Shown: positions 41,727-52,296, counted from the stretch's first letter. The stretch: DNA of 64,000 nucleotides from an uncultured Gemmatimonadales bacterium (GCA_963720485.1 OY970395.1:2264885-2328884), one strand, 5' to 3'. Numbers and translations: made by a program. The notes: generated by a model not told the origin, from the sequence alone.

Positions 41727-43808
41727 TCAACCCCCGGCGGCGCCCGGCCCTTCGTCGCCGTCGTCCGGCGAGGCCAGGCTCCGGGGGGCCGGGAGCGCCT
41801 CCAGGGTGCGGGCTCGCACCACCTCCAGCCACGGGTGCGCCTCCCGCACGCGGGCCGCGGCCCGGTCGGCGGCGTCCGCGGAGGGGTAGGCCGCGAAGCA
41901 CGCGCCCCCACTCCCGGCCAGGAGGGTGAAGGTGGCGCCGGTGGTCCGCAGGGCCTCCAGCGCCCGGGCCACCTCGGGGTGCCGCGCCGGCACCACGGCC
42001 TCGAAGTCGTTCACGGCCGCCCGGGCCACGCCGGGCCAGTCCCCGGGGCGCTCCGGCGCCCCGGTCGGGACGGCGCCGTCCCTCCCGCGCCCGGCGTCCA
42101 GGGCCCGGTAGGCCTCGGCGGTGCCCACGTGCACGTCCGGCAGGGCCAGGACCAGCTCCGCCGCAGGCAGGGGCTCCATGGGTCGGAGGTCGTCGCCCCG
42201 TCCGGCGGCCGCCGCCCGGGCGGCTCCCTCCAGGAAGAAGGCCACGTCGGCGCCGAGCCGACGCCCCACCCCGGACAGGCGACGCGCGCCCAGGGGCTCC
42301 CCCTCGAGCCGCTCCAGCGCCCGCAGCGTGGCGGCCGCGTCGGACGACCCCCCACCCAGGCCCGCTCCCGCCGGGATGCGCTTCTCCAGGACCACCCGCC
42401 AGGCGGGCTCCACCCCAGCCTCGGCGGCGAAGGCCCGGGCGGCCCGCACGGCGAGGTTCTCCTCGGCGGGACCGGGCACGTCCCTCCCTTCCACCTGGAG
42501 CGTCACCCCCGGCGGCCCCCGCCACACCCGGACGCGGTCGCACAGGTCCACCGCCTGGAAGACGGTGTCCAGGTCGTGGTAGCCGTCGGGACGGAGGGGC
42601 CCCACCCGGAGGAGGAGGTTCACCTTGGCGGGCGCGGCGACCTCCACGCCCAGCGCCTCCCCCGGGGCGGCCCCGATCGGCCCTCCGGGAGGCTCGGTGA
42701 TCACGACCGGGGCCACCGGAGGCTGCTCACCCCGCCAGGTGGCGCCCTTCTCGCCCAGCACCACGGCCGCCTCGGGGTGGGTGCGCTCCACCGCCTTCTC
42801 AACCCGGGACTCGGAGAGCTCCACGTCCTTGAGGGAGAGACCCATGCGCCACGCGTACCACAGCCCGATCACGGTGACGGGGATGAACCCACCCAGGTGG
42901 TAGCCGAACGCGAAGGCCAGGGCCCGGGGGGCCTCGACCCCGTACACCCCGTTCAGGGCCCAATCGGCCGCCGCGTGGAACGTGCCGAAGAAGCCGGGTG
43001 CGGAGGGAACGGCCACGCCGAAGGCCACCACCGCCTCCACGAACACCGACGCCACGTAGTCCTTGTGGATGGCGAAGGCCTCCATGCCCAGCCAGAACGA
43101 CGTGGCGTTGAAGGCCCAGAAGCCCACCGTCCAGGCGAAGCCCAGGAAGAGGAGCCCCGGACGCCGCAGGATCTCCAGCGACTCGAGGAACGCCTCCAGC
43201 GCGTCCACCAGGGGCCGGGCGAAGTCGCCCGGGAGGCGGGCCACCACCCGTTCCACCAGGCGGATGAACGTCCCGGGCCAGCGGAGCATGAAGAAGAGGG
43301 CGGCCACCCCCACCACCAGCACCACCGCGAAGCCCTGGAGGGCCTCGCCCATGGGTCCGCTGCGCACGCTGGCCCCCGCCGGAAACGACGGCGCCGAGGC
43401 CGCCAGCAGGAGGAACGCCATGAGCACCACGCCGTCGAGGAACCGTTCCACCACCAGGGAGCCGAAGGCGGCGCTCACCGACACGGGCTCCAGTCGGCTC
43501 AGGGCGTAGGCCCGGGCGAACTCGCCCACCCGGGCCGGCAGTACGTTGTTGGCCATGAAGCCGATGTTCACGGCCGCGAAGCGCGAGCGCAGGGTGGTGT
43601 CCCGCTTCACGGGCGCCAGGAGCACCTTCCAGCGGAGCGCCCGCCACAGGAAGCCGGAGGTGGCCACCGCAACCGCGGCCAGGAGGTAGCCCCAGCGCGC
43701 GTCCTTCACCACGGCCCAGACGGCGGCGAAGTCCACGCCGTGGAGCACCCACCACAGGGAGCCCACGGTGATGAGGATGCCGACGACGGCCTTCCAGTCG
43801 AGCCTCAT
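41727..43808 (-). CDS. ispE: UPF0104 (lysyl-PG synthase-like / flippase-like) polytopic membrane domain fused to 4-diphosphocytidyl-2-C-methyl-D-erythritol kinase (IspE)
   Basis: The N-terminal roughly 340 aa are multi-TM (MRLDWKAVVGILITVGSLWWVLHGVDF...). A 55-aa linker follows. The C-terminal roughly 290 aa carry GHMP-kinase IspE motifs (APAKVNLLLRVGPLRPDGYHDLDTVFQAVDL, KRIPAGAGLGGGSSDAAATL). No stop lies between the two parts. Confidence 0.8.
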   Translation of the reverse strand: MRLDWKAVVGILITVGSLWWVLHGVDFAAVWAVVKDARWGYLLAAVAVATSGFLWRALRWKVLLAPVKRDTTLRSRFAAVNIGFMANNVLPARVGEFARAYALSRLEPVSVSAAFGSLVVERFLDGVVLMAFLLLAASAPSFPAGASVRSGPMGEALQGFAVVLVVGVAALFFMLRWPGTFIRLVERVVARLPGDFARPLVDALEAFLESLEILRRPGLLFLGFAWTVGFWAFNATSFWLGMEAFAIHKDYVASVFVEAVVAFGVAVPSAPGFFGTFHAAADWALNGVYGVEAPRALAFAFGYHLGGFIPVTVIGLWYAWRMGLSLKDVELSESRVEKAVERTHPEAAVVLGEKGATWRGEQPPVAPVVITEPPGGPIGAAPGEALGVEVAAPAKVNLLLRVGPLRPDGYHDLDTVFQAVDLCDRVRVWRGPPGVTLQVEGRDVPGPAEENLAVRAARAFAAEAGVEPAWRVVLEKRIPAGAGLGGGSSDAAATLRALERLEGEPLGARRLSGVGRRLGADVAFFLEGAARAAAAGRGDDLRPMEPLPAAELVLALPDVHVGTAEAYRALDAGRGRDGAVPTGAPERPGDWPGVARAAVNDFEAVVPARHPEVARALEALRTTGATFTLLAGSGGACFAAYPSADAADRAAARVREAHPWLEVVRARTLEALPAPRSLASPDDGDEGPGAAGG

Positions 43809-43830
43809 GGAGCAGCCGGGAGCGGTCGCG

Positions 43831-44556
43831 TCATGCCCCGCGGGCCCTGCGGAGGATGTCGCCCATCTCCCGGACGGCCCGCTCCAATCCGACGAACAGC
43901 GCCCGGGCGATGACGCTGTGGCCGATGTTGAGCTCCTCCAGGGCCGGGATGGCCGCCACGGGCGTCACGTTCTCGTAGGTGAGGCCGTGGCCCGCGTGGA
44001 CGGCGAGCCCCAGCTTCCGGCCCAGGTCGGCGGCCCGGCGCAGGCGCTCGAGCTGGTCGGCGCGGCAGCCGGCGTCGGCGTTGGCGTACTCGCCGGTGTG
44101 GAGCTCCACGGCGTCGACGCCCATGTCGGCCGACGCCTCGACGGCCGCCTCTTCGGGGTCGATGAAGAGGGAGGTGCGCACGCCCGCCTCGGCGAGGCGC
44201 CCCACCGCCCGCTCCAGGGCTTCCCGGCGCCCCGCGCCCAGGTCCAGGCCGCCCTCGGTGGTCACCTCCTCCCGCTTCTCGGGCACCAGGGTGGCCTGCA
44301 TGGGTCGCAGGCCGCACGCGATGTCCACGATGTCGGGGGCGGCGGCCAGCTCGAGGTTGACCCCGGTGCGCACGGTCTCCATGAGGAGTCGGACGTCCCG
44401 GTCCTGGATGTGCCGCCGGTCTTCCCGCAGGTGCACGGTGATGCCGTCGGCGCCGCCCAGCTCGGCCAGGACGGCGGCCCGCACGGGGTCGGGCTCATCG
44501 GTGCGGCGAGCCTGCCGGACCGTGGCCACGTGGTCGATGTTGACGTAGAACCTCAT
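43831..44556 (-). CDS. pdxJ: pyridoxine 5'-phosphate synthase
   Basis: [12 protein letters not shown]...[13 protein letters not shown]...HAGHGL. Confidence 0.9.
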   Translation of the reverse strand: MRFYVNIDHVATVRQARRTDEPDPVRAAVLAELGGADGITVHLREDRRHIQDRDVRLLMETVRTGVNLELAAAPDIVDIACGLRPMQATLVPEKREEVTTEGGLDLGAGRREALERAVGRLAEAGVRTSLFIDPEEAAVEASADMGVDAVELHTGEYANADAGCRADQLERLRRAADLGRKLGLAVHAGHGLTYENVTPVAAIPALEELNIGHSVIARALFVGLERAVREMGDILRRARGA

Positions 44557-45428
44557 GGTGCGCCGCTCTCGTTCTCCAGGGCATCCAGGATGCGATCGGC
44601 CACATCCTCGGGGAGACCGAACGCCGACGCCAGGGTCACCATCTCCCGGCCCATGGCGGCGTACACGGCCCCCTCCCGGGGCTCCAGCGCCCGCAGGTGC
44701 AGGCGCACGGTCTCCACGTCGCCCCGCTGGATGGGGCCGGTGAGGGAGGGGAGCACCCCCATCTCGCCGATGTTCTCCAGCGTCCCCCGGGCAAGGGGGA
44801 GCAGGGCCCGCAGCGCCTCGTCCTCCGCCACCCCGGCCTGCACCAGGAGGCGGCCCGCCATGGCGACGAGCGCCGTGACGTAGTTGGAAGCGGTCACGGC
44901 CGCGGCGTGGTACAGGGGCCGCCGGCTCACCGGGATCTCGAGGGGCACGCCGCCGAGCGTGGCCACCATGCGCCGGGCCAGCGCCGTGGCCTCGTGCTCA
45001 CCCGACACCGCGAAGCCGGAGCCGGGAAGGCGGTCGGCGCCCGACACCGGGTGGGCCAGCGACTGGAGGGGATGGATGGAGCCCACCCGGTACCCCCGGG
45101 CGTGGAGGGGCGCCAGCACGTCGGCCGACAGCGCGCCCGAGCAGTGGAAAGCGCAGCACCCCGTCGGGGCGTCGCCGTGTCCGGCCAGCGCCACGGCGAT
45201 CTCCGGCAGGACGTCGTCGGGGACGGTGAGGAACACCGCCGTGGTGTCCGGCTCGGGGCGCTCCAGCCCGAACACGTAGCGCGCCACCCCCTGGATGAAG
45301 AGGGGGTGGCTGGGCGGCTCGGGGCGCCGCCCGCAGTAGGTCAGCCGCTCCACGGTGTCGGCCTGCCACAGGGCGTGGCCCAGCGCCAGCCCCGTGCGGC
45401 CCGGCCCGACGAAGTAGAGGCGGTCCAT
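44553..45428 (-). CDS. Rossmann-fold DUF2520-family protein (predicted NAD(P)-dependent oxidoreductase)
   Basis: N-terminal GxGxxG ([14 protein letters not shown]). The start overlaps the hflX stop and the stop overlaps the pdxJ start. Confidence 0.7.
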   Translation of the reverse strand: MDRLYFVGPGRTGLALGHALWQADTVERLTYCGRRPEPPSHPLFIQGVARYVFGLERPEPDTTAVFLTVPDDVLPEIAVALAGHGDAPTGCCAFHCSGALSADVLAPLHARGYRVGSIHPLQSLAHPVSGADRLPGSGFAVSGEHEATALARRMVATLGGVPLEIPVSRRPLYHAAAVTASNYVTALVAMAGRLLVQAGVAEDEALRALLPLARGTLENIGEMGVLPSLTGPIQRGDVETVRLHLRALEPREGAVYAAMGREMVTLASAFGLPEDVADRILDALENESGAP

Positions 45429-46708
45429 CAGGCGACGTCCAGGATGTGCACCCCGTCCCGCTGCCGGAGCTGCCCCAGGAGGGCGTCGGGGATGCGCACG
45501 GTGAGGTCGATGTCTCCGCCGTGGTCCTCCCGCACCAGAACCTCCCCCTCCCGGTACAGCCGGGCCAGCGTCTCCCCGTCCCGGGACGGGAGCTGGAGCC
45601 GCACCTGCTGGAGCCGCTGGCGCATGCGGGCCTTCAGCGTCTCCCGCAGCGCCTCCAGGGTCGGGGGCTCCAGGGCGGAGACGAACACGGCCGGGTCGGG
45701 GTGGAAGGTCCGGATGCGCTCCCGGAGCGCGTCCTCCTCGGCGTGGGTCAGGCGGTCGACCTTGTTGAACACGAGGATCTGGGGCCGGTCGTTCAGCTCC
45801 AGGTCCTGGAGCACCTCGTGGACCACCTGCACGTGCTCGCGCCAGTCGGGGTGGGCCGCATCCACCACGTGGAGGAGGAGGTCGGCCTCCCGGGCCTCCT
45901 CGAGGGTGGAGCGGAACGACGCCACAAGGTGGTGGGGGAGCTTCCTGATGAAGCCCACCGTGTCCGTCACCAGGGCCTCGTACCCGTCGCCCAGGTCCAC
46001 CGAGCGGGTGGCCGAATCCAGGGTGGCGAAGAGCCGGTCCTCCACGAAGAGGTCCGCCCCGGACAGGGCCCGGAGCAGGGACGACTTCCCGGCGTTGGTA
46101 TAGCCCACCAGGGCCGCCCGGAACTGGCCGGTGCGGCCCTTGCGCTGCACCGCCCGGGCGCGGGCCACATCCCGGAGCTTTCCCTTCAGGTCGGCGATGC
46201 GCTGGCCGATGAGTCGCCGGTCCGTCTCGAGCTGGGTCTCGCCGGGGCCCCGCAATCCGATGCCGCCCCGGATGCGGGAGAGGTGGCTCCACATCCGCTT
46301 GAGGCGGGGAAGCAGGTACTCGAGCTGGGCCAGCTCCACCTGCATGCGCGCCTCCCGGGAGCGGGCCCGGGTGGCGAAGATGTCCAGGATGAGCTCCGAG
46401 CGGTCCATGACCCGCACGCCCAGGAAGTCCTCCAGGTTCTTTCCCTGGGCCGGGGTCAGCTCCTCGTCCATGATGACGAGGTCGGCCTCCGCCGAGCGCA
46501 CCACGTCGCGCAGCTCGGCCGCCTTGCCCTCTCCGACGTAGAAGCGGGGGTGGGGCGCGTCGATCCGCTGCCGGACCACCGCCGCCACGCGGCCACCCGC
46601 CGTATCGGTGAGACGGCCCAGCTCCTCCAGGTGCTCCTCGGCCAGGCGGGGGTCGAGCTGCTTCGGCGGAGCGCCGACGAGGACCGCCCGGTCCACGGGC
46701 GTCCGCAT
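45428..46708 (-). CDS. hflX: GTPase HflX
   Basis: HflX N-domain plus G-domain (GYTNAGKSSLLRAL, DTVGF, NKVD). Confidence 0.9.
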   Translation of the reverse strand: MRTPVDRAVLVGAPPKQLDPRLAEEHLEELGRLTDTAGGRVAAVVRQRIDAPHPRFYVGEGKAAELRDVVRSAEADLVIMDEELTPAQGKNLEDFLGVRVMDRSELILDIFATRARSREARMQVELAQLEYLLPRLKRMWSHLSRIRGGIGLRGPGETQLETDRRLIGQRIADLKGKLRDVARARAVQRKGRTGQFRAALVGYTNAGKSSLLRALSGADLFVEDRLFATLDSATRSVDLGDGYEALVTDTVGFIRKLPHHLVASFRSTLEEAREADLLLHVVDAAHPDWREHVQVVHEVLQDLELNDRPQILVFNKVDRLTHAEEDALRERIRTFHPDPAVFVSALEPPTLEALRETLKARMRQRLQQVRLQLPSRDGETLARLYREGEVLVREDHGGDIDLTVRIPDALLGQLRQRDGVHILDVA

Positions 46709-46832
46709 GTCGATGAGCTGGGTGGGAATGCTGCCTCTCCCCCGTCGAGGATGGGTCGTGGCGCCTTCGCGCTCACGATAGCGGAGGCGCCCCTCCCGAA
46801 GAAGGGCGCGGGGCGTCCCGGAGGGGGCGCCG

Positions 46833-48260
46833 TCATCCCGCGCTGCTACCCCCCTCGTCGCCCTCCTGCTCCCGCCGCGCCCGGGCTTCCCGCCGGAGCG
46901 CCTCCCACGCCTCGAGCCGCTCCCGCAGCGTGGGCTCGAGCCCCTGGAGGCCGGGCTCGTAGAAGCGCTCCCCCTCCAGGGAGGCGGGGAGGTACGTCTG
47001 GCCCGCCACGCCCCCCTCCTCCGCCGGGTCGTAGCGGTAGCCCTTCCCGTAGCCCAGGTCCTTCATGAGCCGGGTGGGGGCGTTCCGGATATGGAGGGGC
47101 ACCGGCTCCGCCGGCGTCTCCCGGGCCCTCGCCACGGCGGTCTTCCAGGCGGCGTACACCCGGTTCGACTTGGGCGCCGTGGCCAGGTAGACGGCGGCCT
47201 CGGCCAGCGCCAGGTCGCCCTCCGGGCTTCCCAGGAAGTGGTAGGCGTCCCGGGCGGCGATGGCCACGCCCAGGGCTCCGGGGTCGGCCAGCCCGATGTC
47301 CTCCACCGCCATGCGCACCAGCCGGCGGGCCAGGTAGAGGGGGTCCTCGCCGCCCTCCACCATGCGGGCGAGCCAGTACAGGGCGCCGTCCGGGTCGCTC
47401 CCCCGCACCGCCTTGTGGAGGGCGCTGATGACGTTGTAGTGCTCCTCGCCCCCCTTGTCGTAGACGGCGTAGCGGTGCTGGAGCGCCTGCCGGGCCACCT
47501 CGACGTCCACGTGGCCGCCCCGACCCACCAGCCCCGCCGCGGCCTCCAGCGCCCCCAGCCCCCGCCGGGCGTCGCCGTCGGCGGAGACGGCCAGGAAGCG
47601 GACGGCATCATCGTCGACCGTGAGGCCCCGCTCCCCCAGCCCCCGCTCGGCGTCCTCCAGCGCCTGGCGCAGGATCGCCTCCAGGTCGTCCTCTCCCAGG
47701 GGCTCCAGCACGAACACCGGCGCCCGGGACAGGAGGGGCCGTACGATCTCGAAGGAGGGGTTCTCGGTGGTGGCGCCGATGAGCACCACCGTGCCCTCCT
47801 CCACGTGGGGGAGGAAGGCGTCCTGCTGAGCCTTGTTGAAGCGGTGGATCTCATCGCAGAACAGGATCGTGCGCCGCCCGGTGGCCTCCAGGCGGCGGGC
47901 GGCCTCGGCGATGATCTCTCGCACCCGGCCGATGCCCTCGGTGACCGCGCTGAAGGGCACGAAGGTGGCGTCCGTGGCCTCGGCGATGATCCGGGCCAGG
48001 GTGGTCTTCCCCGACCCGGGCGGCCCCCACAGGATCATGCTGGAGGGGCGGCCCTTCTCCAGCATGACCCGGAGGGGCCGCCCCGCTCCCAGGAGCTGCT
48101 CCTGCCCCCGGAACTCCTCCAGGGTGCGCGGCCGCATGCGGGCCGCCAGCGGGGCCGCGGCGCCTCCGGGACGCGGGCGCGGCCGGGGCTCCCGCGGCGG
48201 CCGCCGCCCGCCCGCGTCCGTGCCGCCGAAGAGATCGGGCTCATCGGGGGAAGGGCTCAT
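46833..48260 (-). CDS. rarA: replication-associated recombination protein RarA (MgsA/WRNIP AAA+ ATPase)
   Basis: MRPRTLEEFRGQEQLLG, Walker A GPPGSGKTTLA, Walker B ILFCDEIHRFNK, and the C-terminal MgsA domain. GGAGGAG Shine-Dalgarno sequence. Confidence 0.9.
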   Translation of the reverse strand: MSPSPDEPDLFGGTDAGGRRPPREPRPRPRPGGAAAPLAARMRPRTLEEFRGQEQLLGAGRPLRVMLEKGRPSSMILWGPPGSGKTTLARIIAEATDATFVPFSAVTEGIGRVREIIAEAARRLEATGRRTILFCDEIHRFNKAQQDAFLPHVEEGTVVLIGATTENPSFEIVRPLLSRAPVFVLEPLGEDDLEAILRQALEDAERGLGERGLTVDDDAVRFLAVSADGDARRGLGALEAAAGLVGRGGHVDVEVARQALQHRYAVYDKGGEEHYNVISALHKAVRGSDPDGALYWLARMVEGGEDPLYLARRLVRMAVEDIGLADPGALGVAIAARDAYHFLGSPEGDLALAEAAVYLATAPKSNRVYAAWKTAVARARETPAEPVPLHIRNAPTRLMKDLGYGKGYRYDPAEEGGVAGQTYLPASLEGERFYEPGLQGLEPTLRERLEAWEALRREARARREQEGDEGGSSAG

Positions 48261-49678
48261 GGCTCCTCCGTGCCGGCGTGGGCCTGGGCCCACTCCAGGG
48301 CCAGGCGGGCCAGCGTGTCGGGGTCGTTCAGGGAAGGGTCGTCCAGCACACGCTCCAGGAGGGCATCCAGCACGCGGCCGAAGCGGGGTCCCGGCGTCAT
48401 CCCCAGGGCGATGAGGTCCCGGCCGTCCAGGGCCAGCTCCCCTACCGTGAGGGACGGCCCCCCCCGGAGCTCCCTGCGGAGCGCCCGCCAGCTCCCCGCT
48501 GCGTCCACCGGCTCCACCCCCAGCGCCGCCTCCAGCCGCGCCCGGCCGATCCAGAGGCGCGCCAGGTCCGGCAGCCGGTCCGGGCCCACCCGGGACAGCC
48601 AGCGGCGCAGGGTGGCCGGCGCCGCATCCGGGAGGGGAGGGTCCATCCCCGCCTCCACCAGCCCCGCCACCCGGTCGGCGTGGGCGTTGGAGAAGCGCAG
48701 GCGCACCAGGAGCCCGGCGGCCCGCCTCGCTCCCTCCACGGCGGCGGGGCTCCCCGGGCCCGAGGCGTCGCCCGGGCCGCCGTCGTCCCCGCCCGCCAAC
48801 CCCAGCGGCTGGAGGAGGGCGGCCAGCCGCAGCAGGGGTCGGCGGACCGGGAGCCGGTCGGCCAGGAGGAGGGAGTGGGTCCACGCATCCAGGGGGCTGC
48901 CGGGGCGCGGCACCCCCACCAGGGCCTCCAGCTCCGGGAAGAGAGCCGCCTGGACCCCCGAGACAGCATACAGCGCCAGGGCGCCCGACGGTCGCTCGTC
49001 ACCTCCGAGCACCTTCATGAGCTCCTCCCGCACCCGCTCCCGGGAGAGGCCGTCCAGGCGCCCCGTGGCGGAGCACAGGGCCTTCCAGGTGGGGGGGTGG
49101 ATGGTGAGGCCGAAGCGGCCGGCGAAGCGCAGCGCCCGGAGCACCCGGAGGTAGTCCTCCCGGAACCGCTCCGCCGGGACGCCCACCGTGCGGAGCACGC
49201 CGGCCTCCAGGTCATCCACCCCGCCGTACGGGTCGGCGAAGGCGGCCCGCAGCGGGTGCCAAGCCACGGCGTTGATGGTGAAGTCCCGCCGGGCCAGATC
49301 CTCCTCGAGGGTGTCGGCGAACACCACCCTGGCCTTGCGCCCGTAGGTCTCCACGTCGCGCCGGAAGGTCGTCACCTCGTACAGCGTGCCGTCCCGGGCC
49401 AGCACGCCGACGGTGCCGTGCTCGATGCCCACGGGGACGGTGCGCCGGAAGAGGCGGCGGACCTGTCCCGGGTGGGCCCGGGTGGCGAAGTCCCAGTCCA
49501 GGGCCGGGACGCCCAGGAGCACGTCGCGCACGGCCCCGCCCACCGCCCACGTCTCGAAGCCGGCGTCCTCCAGGGTGCGGACGATCCAGCGCACGGCCGG
49601 GGGGGCCTCGGGGTGGCGGTGCACCACCCGCCGCCCCGGGCCACTCCCCGGGATCCCCGCCCCCGGTCCGGGGCTCAT
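48257..49678 (-). CDS. cca: CCA-adding enzyme / tRNA nucleotidyltransferase (class II, head domain plus HD-less body)
   Basis: GGAVRDVLLG...DWDFAT...RRDFTINAVA motifs. The start overlaps the stop of the upstream SDR gene (ATGA). Confidence 0.85.
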   Translation of the reverse strand: MSPGPGAGIPGSGPGRRVVHRHPEAPPAVRWIVRTLEDAGFETWAVGGAVRDVLLGVPALDWDFATRAHPGQVRRLFRRTVPVGIEHGTVGVLARDGTLYEVTTFRRDVETYGRKARVVFADTLEEDLARRDFTINAVAWHPLRAAFADPYGGVDDLEAGVLRTVGVPAERFREDYLRVLRALRFAGRFGLTIHPPTWKALCSATGRLDGLSRERVREELMKVLGGDERPSGALALYAVSGVQAALFPELEALVGVPRPGSPLDAWTHSLLLADRLPVRRPLLRLAALLQPLGLAGGDDGGPGDASGPGSPAAVEGARRAAGLLVRLRFSNAHADRVAGLVEAGMDPPLPDAAPATLRRWLSRVGPDRLPDLARLWIGRARLEAALGVEPVDAAGSWRALRRELRGGPSLTVGELALDGRDLIALGMTPGPRFGRVLDALLERVLDDPSLNDPDTLARLALEWAQAHAGTEEP

Positions 49679-50439
49679 CCCACCAGCACCGCCCCGCCGT
49701 TCACGTTCAGGATCTCGCCGGTGACGTGGCGGCCCAGGACCGAGCAGAGGAAGACGATGGGGCCGGCCACGTCCTCGGCCGACGCCACCCGCCCCAGGGG
49801 AATGGAGGCCTCGATGCGGCGGCGGGCGTCGCCTCCGTACGCCGGCTCCGCCATCTCGGTGTCGATCCACCCCGGCGCCACGCAGTTCACCGTGACGCCC
49901 CGGGGGGCGAGCTCCACGCACAGCCCCTTGGTCATGGCGATCAAGGCGCCCTTGGTGGCGGCGTAGTCGGCGTGGAAGGCCTCGCCGCGCTGACCCGCCG
50001 TGGAGCTCACCAGCACCAACGCGCCCCCTTCCCTCAGGCGGGGGGCCGCACAGCGGGCGGTGTGGAAGACCGAGTCGAGGTTGGCCGCCACCGTGCCCCG
50101 CCACCGCTCGTCGCTCATGTCGCCCACCGCGACGTCCTCCGGCGGCCAGATGCCGGCGTTGGCCACCACGAAGTCCAGGCCGTCGAACTCCCGGTCGGCC
50201 CGCTGGAAGAGGCGATCGGCGTCGTCGGGCCGCCCCAGGTCCCCGGCCTCGGCCCACGCGGCCACCCCATGGGCGCGGCACGCCTCCACCGCCTCGGCGG
50301 CGTCGTGCTCACGGCTCCGGTAGCCGAGGCCCACGTTCGCCCCCGCCCGGGCCAACAGGACGGCCGTGGCTCTCCCCACGCCCCGGGAGCCTCCGGTGAC
50401 CACCGCGTTCTTCCCCGACAGGTCGATGAGTCCGCTCAT
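49675..50439 (-). CDS. SDR-family oxidoreductase (FabG-like)
   Basis: TGGSRGVGRA, NAG, and catalytic YxxxK (YAATKGAL). Confidence 0.85.
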   Translation of the reverse strand: MSGLIDLSGKNAVVTGGSRGVGRATAVLLARAGANVGLGYRSREHDAAEAVEACRAHGVAAWAEAGDLGRPDDADRLFQRADREFDGLDFVVANAGIWPPEDVAVGDMSDERWRGTVAANLDSVFHTARCAAPRLREGGALVLVSSTAGQRGEAFHADYAATKGALIAMTKGLCVELAPRGVTVNCVAPGWIDTEMAEPAYGGDARRRIEASIPLGRVASAEDVAGPIVFLCSVLGRHVTGEILNVNGGAVLVG

Positions 50440-50465
50440 GCCCCGCGCCTCCTTGCTCTGGACCG

Positions 50466-50885
50466 TCACGCCGACATCCACTTGCCCCGGAGCTCCGCGG
50501 CATGGTGGCGCTCCGACTCCAGGATCTCCTCCAGGAGCGCCCGCGTCTCGGGGTCGTCCACCGCCTCCACGGCGGCCTCGTACCAGCGCACCTCCTCCAC
50601 CTCCCCCTCCCGGGCGGCGTCCTCCCACCGGGGCCACGGAGCCTCGGGGGGGGCCATCCGCTCCAGCGCCCGGGGGTGGAGCCCCATCTCCAGGAGTCGG
50701 GCGGTGAGGCGTGACAGGTGGTGCTGCTCGTCGGCGTGGAGCTCGTTCAGCCGCTCCTCGGCCGGGGCGTCGTCCGCCGCTCCCGCCTCCACCGCGAGGA
50801 CGCGGTAGAACAGGGTGCGGGCCTTCTCCCTGCGGCGTCCCTCTTCCAGAAGCGTCTCCAGCTCGACGGAAGCGCCCCCGCTCAC
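50466..50885 (-). CDS. ferritin-like di-iron domain protein (139 aa)
   Basis: Two ExxH-containing helices (ADEQHHLSRL and ESERHHAAEL). Confidence 0.5.
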   Translation of the reverse strand: MSGGASVELETLLEEGRRREKARTLFYRVLAVEAGAADDAPAEERLNELHADEQHHLSRLTARLLEMGLHPRALERMAPPEAPWPRWEDAAREGEVEEVRWYEAAVEAVDDPETRALLEEILESERHHAAELRGKWMSA

Positions 50886-51475
50886 CCGCCCTCCCCGGCC
50901 AGCGCCCGGTCCACCAGCTCACACACCACGTGACCCATGGCCAGGTGGATCTCCTGGGCGCGGGCGGTCACGTCGGTGGGCACCACCACGGCGTGATCGA
51001 CGCGCTCCTTCAGCCGGCCGCCCCCCCTGGCCAGGAACGCCACCGTCACGACGCCGGCTTCCCGGGCCGCGTCGGCCGCCCTCAGGAGGTTGTCGCTCTC
51101 CCCCGAGGTGGAGTGGAGGAAGAGCACGTCGCCCTCCCGGGCCAGCGCCTGCACCTGGCGGGCGAAGATGGCGTCGAAGCCGTAGTCGTTGCCGCCAGCC
51201 GTGAGGACCGACGTGTCGGTGGTGAGGGCGAACGCCGGAAGCCCCCGCCGCTCCCGCCGGAAGCGCACCACGTACTCGGCCGCCAGATGCTGTGCGTCGG
51301 CCGCCGAGCCGCCGTTGCCACAGAAGAAGAGGCGCCCGCCCGCCCGCAGCGTCCGGAGCGTCAGCTCCGCCACGGCCCGCACCTCGCCGTCCAGCATGTC
51401 GGCCGTGAGGCGCGCGAGGTCCGCCAGCGCCCGGAGCTGCTCGGCGGGTCCGTCACGGTCGGGCGCGTCGGTCAC
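50882..51475 (-). CDS. gmhA: SIS-domain phosphoheptose isomerase (GmhA/DiaA family)
   Basis: RLFFCGNGGSAADAQHLAAE...FLHSTSGES. The GTG start overlaps the upstream stop (GTGA). Confidence 0.8.
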   Translation of the reverse strand: MTDAPDRDGPAEQLRALADLARLTADMLDGEVRAVAELTLRTLRAGGRLFFCGNGGSAADAQHLAAEYVVRFRRERRGLPAFALTTDTSVLTAGGNDYGFDAIFARQVQALAREGDVLFLHSTSGESDNLLRAADAAREAGVVTVAFLARGGGRLKERVDHAVVVPTDVTARAQEIHLAMGHVVCELVDRALAGEGG

Positions 51476-52296
51476 GACTCCTCCCCCTGGAAGAGCTCCA
51501 TGAAGCGGCCCCACAGGCCCCGTTCCTTCAGCAGCGGCGGCACCGAAAGAGGCTCCTCGTCCTGGAACACGCGCCGCGGGTTCGTCCCGGCCAGCAGGGC
51601 GATCTGCTCGTCGCCCCCCAGCTCGTCGAGCCGCTCCCGGGCCTCCCGCTTGTACAGCTTCAGGTTGGGTCTGCCGTGGAAGTCGCTGGACATGTAATCG
51701 ACCCACCCACGCCGCAGGAGGCGGTGGGCGAAGGTGCGGGCCTCGCTCCCGTAGCGCCCCACCAGGGAGCCGTAGTTCACCTGGCAATACGCGCCGATGC
51801 GGCGCCACTCCGCCACCACCTCCAGCTCCAGCCCGATGTAGCGCTCCGGGTGCGCCACGATGGGCTTCACCCCGGCGAAGCGCATGCGGGACAGCACCTC
51901 GATGGTGCCGGGAGGAAGCTGGAGCCGGGGCCACTCCACCAGGACGAAGGACGAGCCCCCCAGGCGCAGGCGGGGGTCGCTGAGGTCGGGATCGGGGATG
52001 TCCAGCATGACCTCGTGACCCCGGCGGAAGTCCACCTCCGGGAAGTGTTTGGCCACAGCGCGGGACACCGTCTCCCAGGCGGCGTCCACCTCCTCCATGC
52101 GGGCGCGGAAGCCTTCCGGGTACCGGGTGAGACTCCCGTCCAGGTGGGGCGTGGTGACGATGCGCCGGATGCCCTCCCGGGTCATGCGCTCCACGCCCTC
52201 GAGGGCGTCTTCCAGGGAAGCGGCGCCGTCGTCCACGCCCGGCACCAGGTGGCTGTGGAGGTCCGCCAGCGCGAACGGGTCCGGATCCTGGGTCAT
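51472..52296 (-). CDS. PHP-family Mn-dependent protein-tyrosine phosphatase (CpsB/YwqE type)
   Basis: LADLHSHLVPGVDDGA...TPHL...HPERY motifs of the CpsB/YwqE PHP family. Confidence 0.8.
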   Translation of the reverse strand: MTQDPDPFALADLHSHLVPGVDDGAASLEDALEGVERMTREGIRRIVTTPHLDGSLTRYPEGFRARMEEVDAAWETVSRAVAKHFPEVDFRRGHEVMLDIPDPDLSDPRLRLGGSSFVLVEWPRLQLPPGTIEVLSRMRFAGVKPIVAHPERYIGLELEVVAEWRRIGAYCQVNYGSLVGRYGSEARTFAHRLLRRGWVDYMSSDFHGRPNLKLYKREARERLDELGGDEQIALLAGTNPRRVFQDEEPLSVPPLLKERGLWGRFMELFQGEES

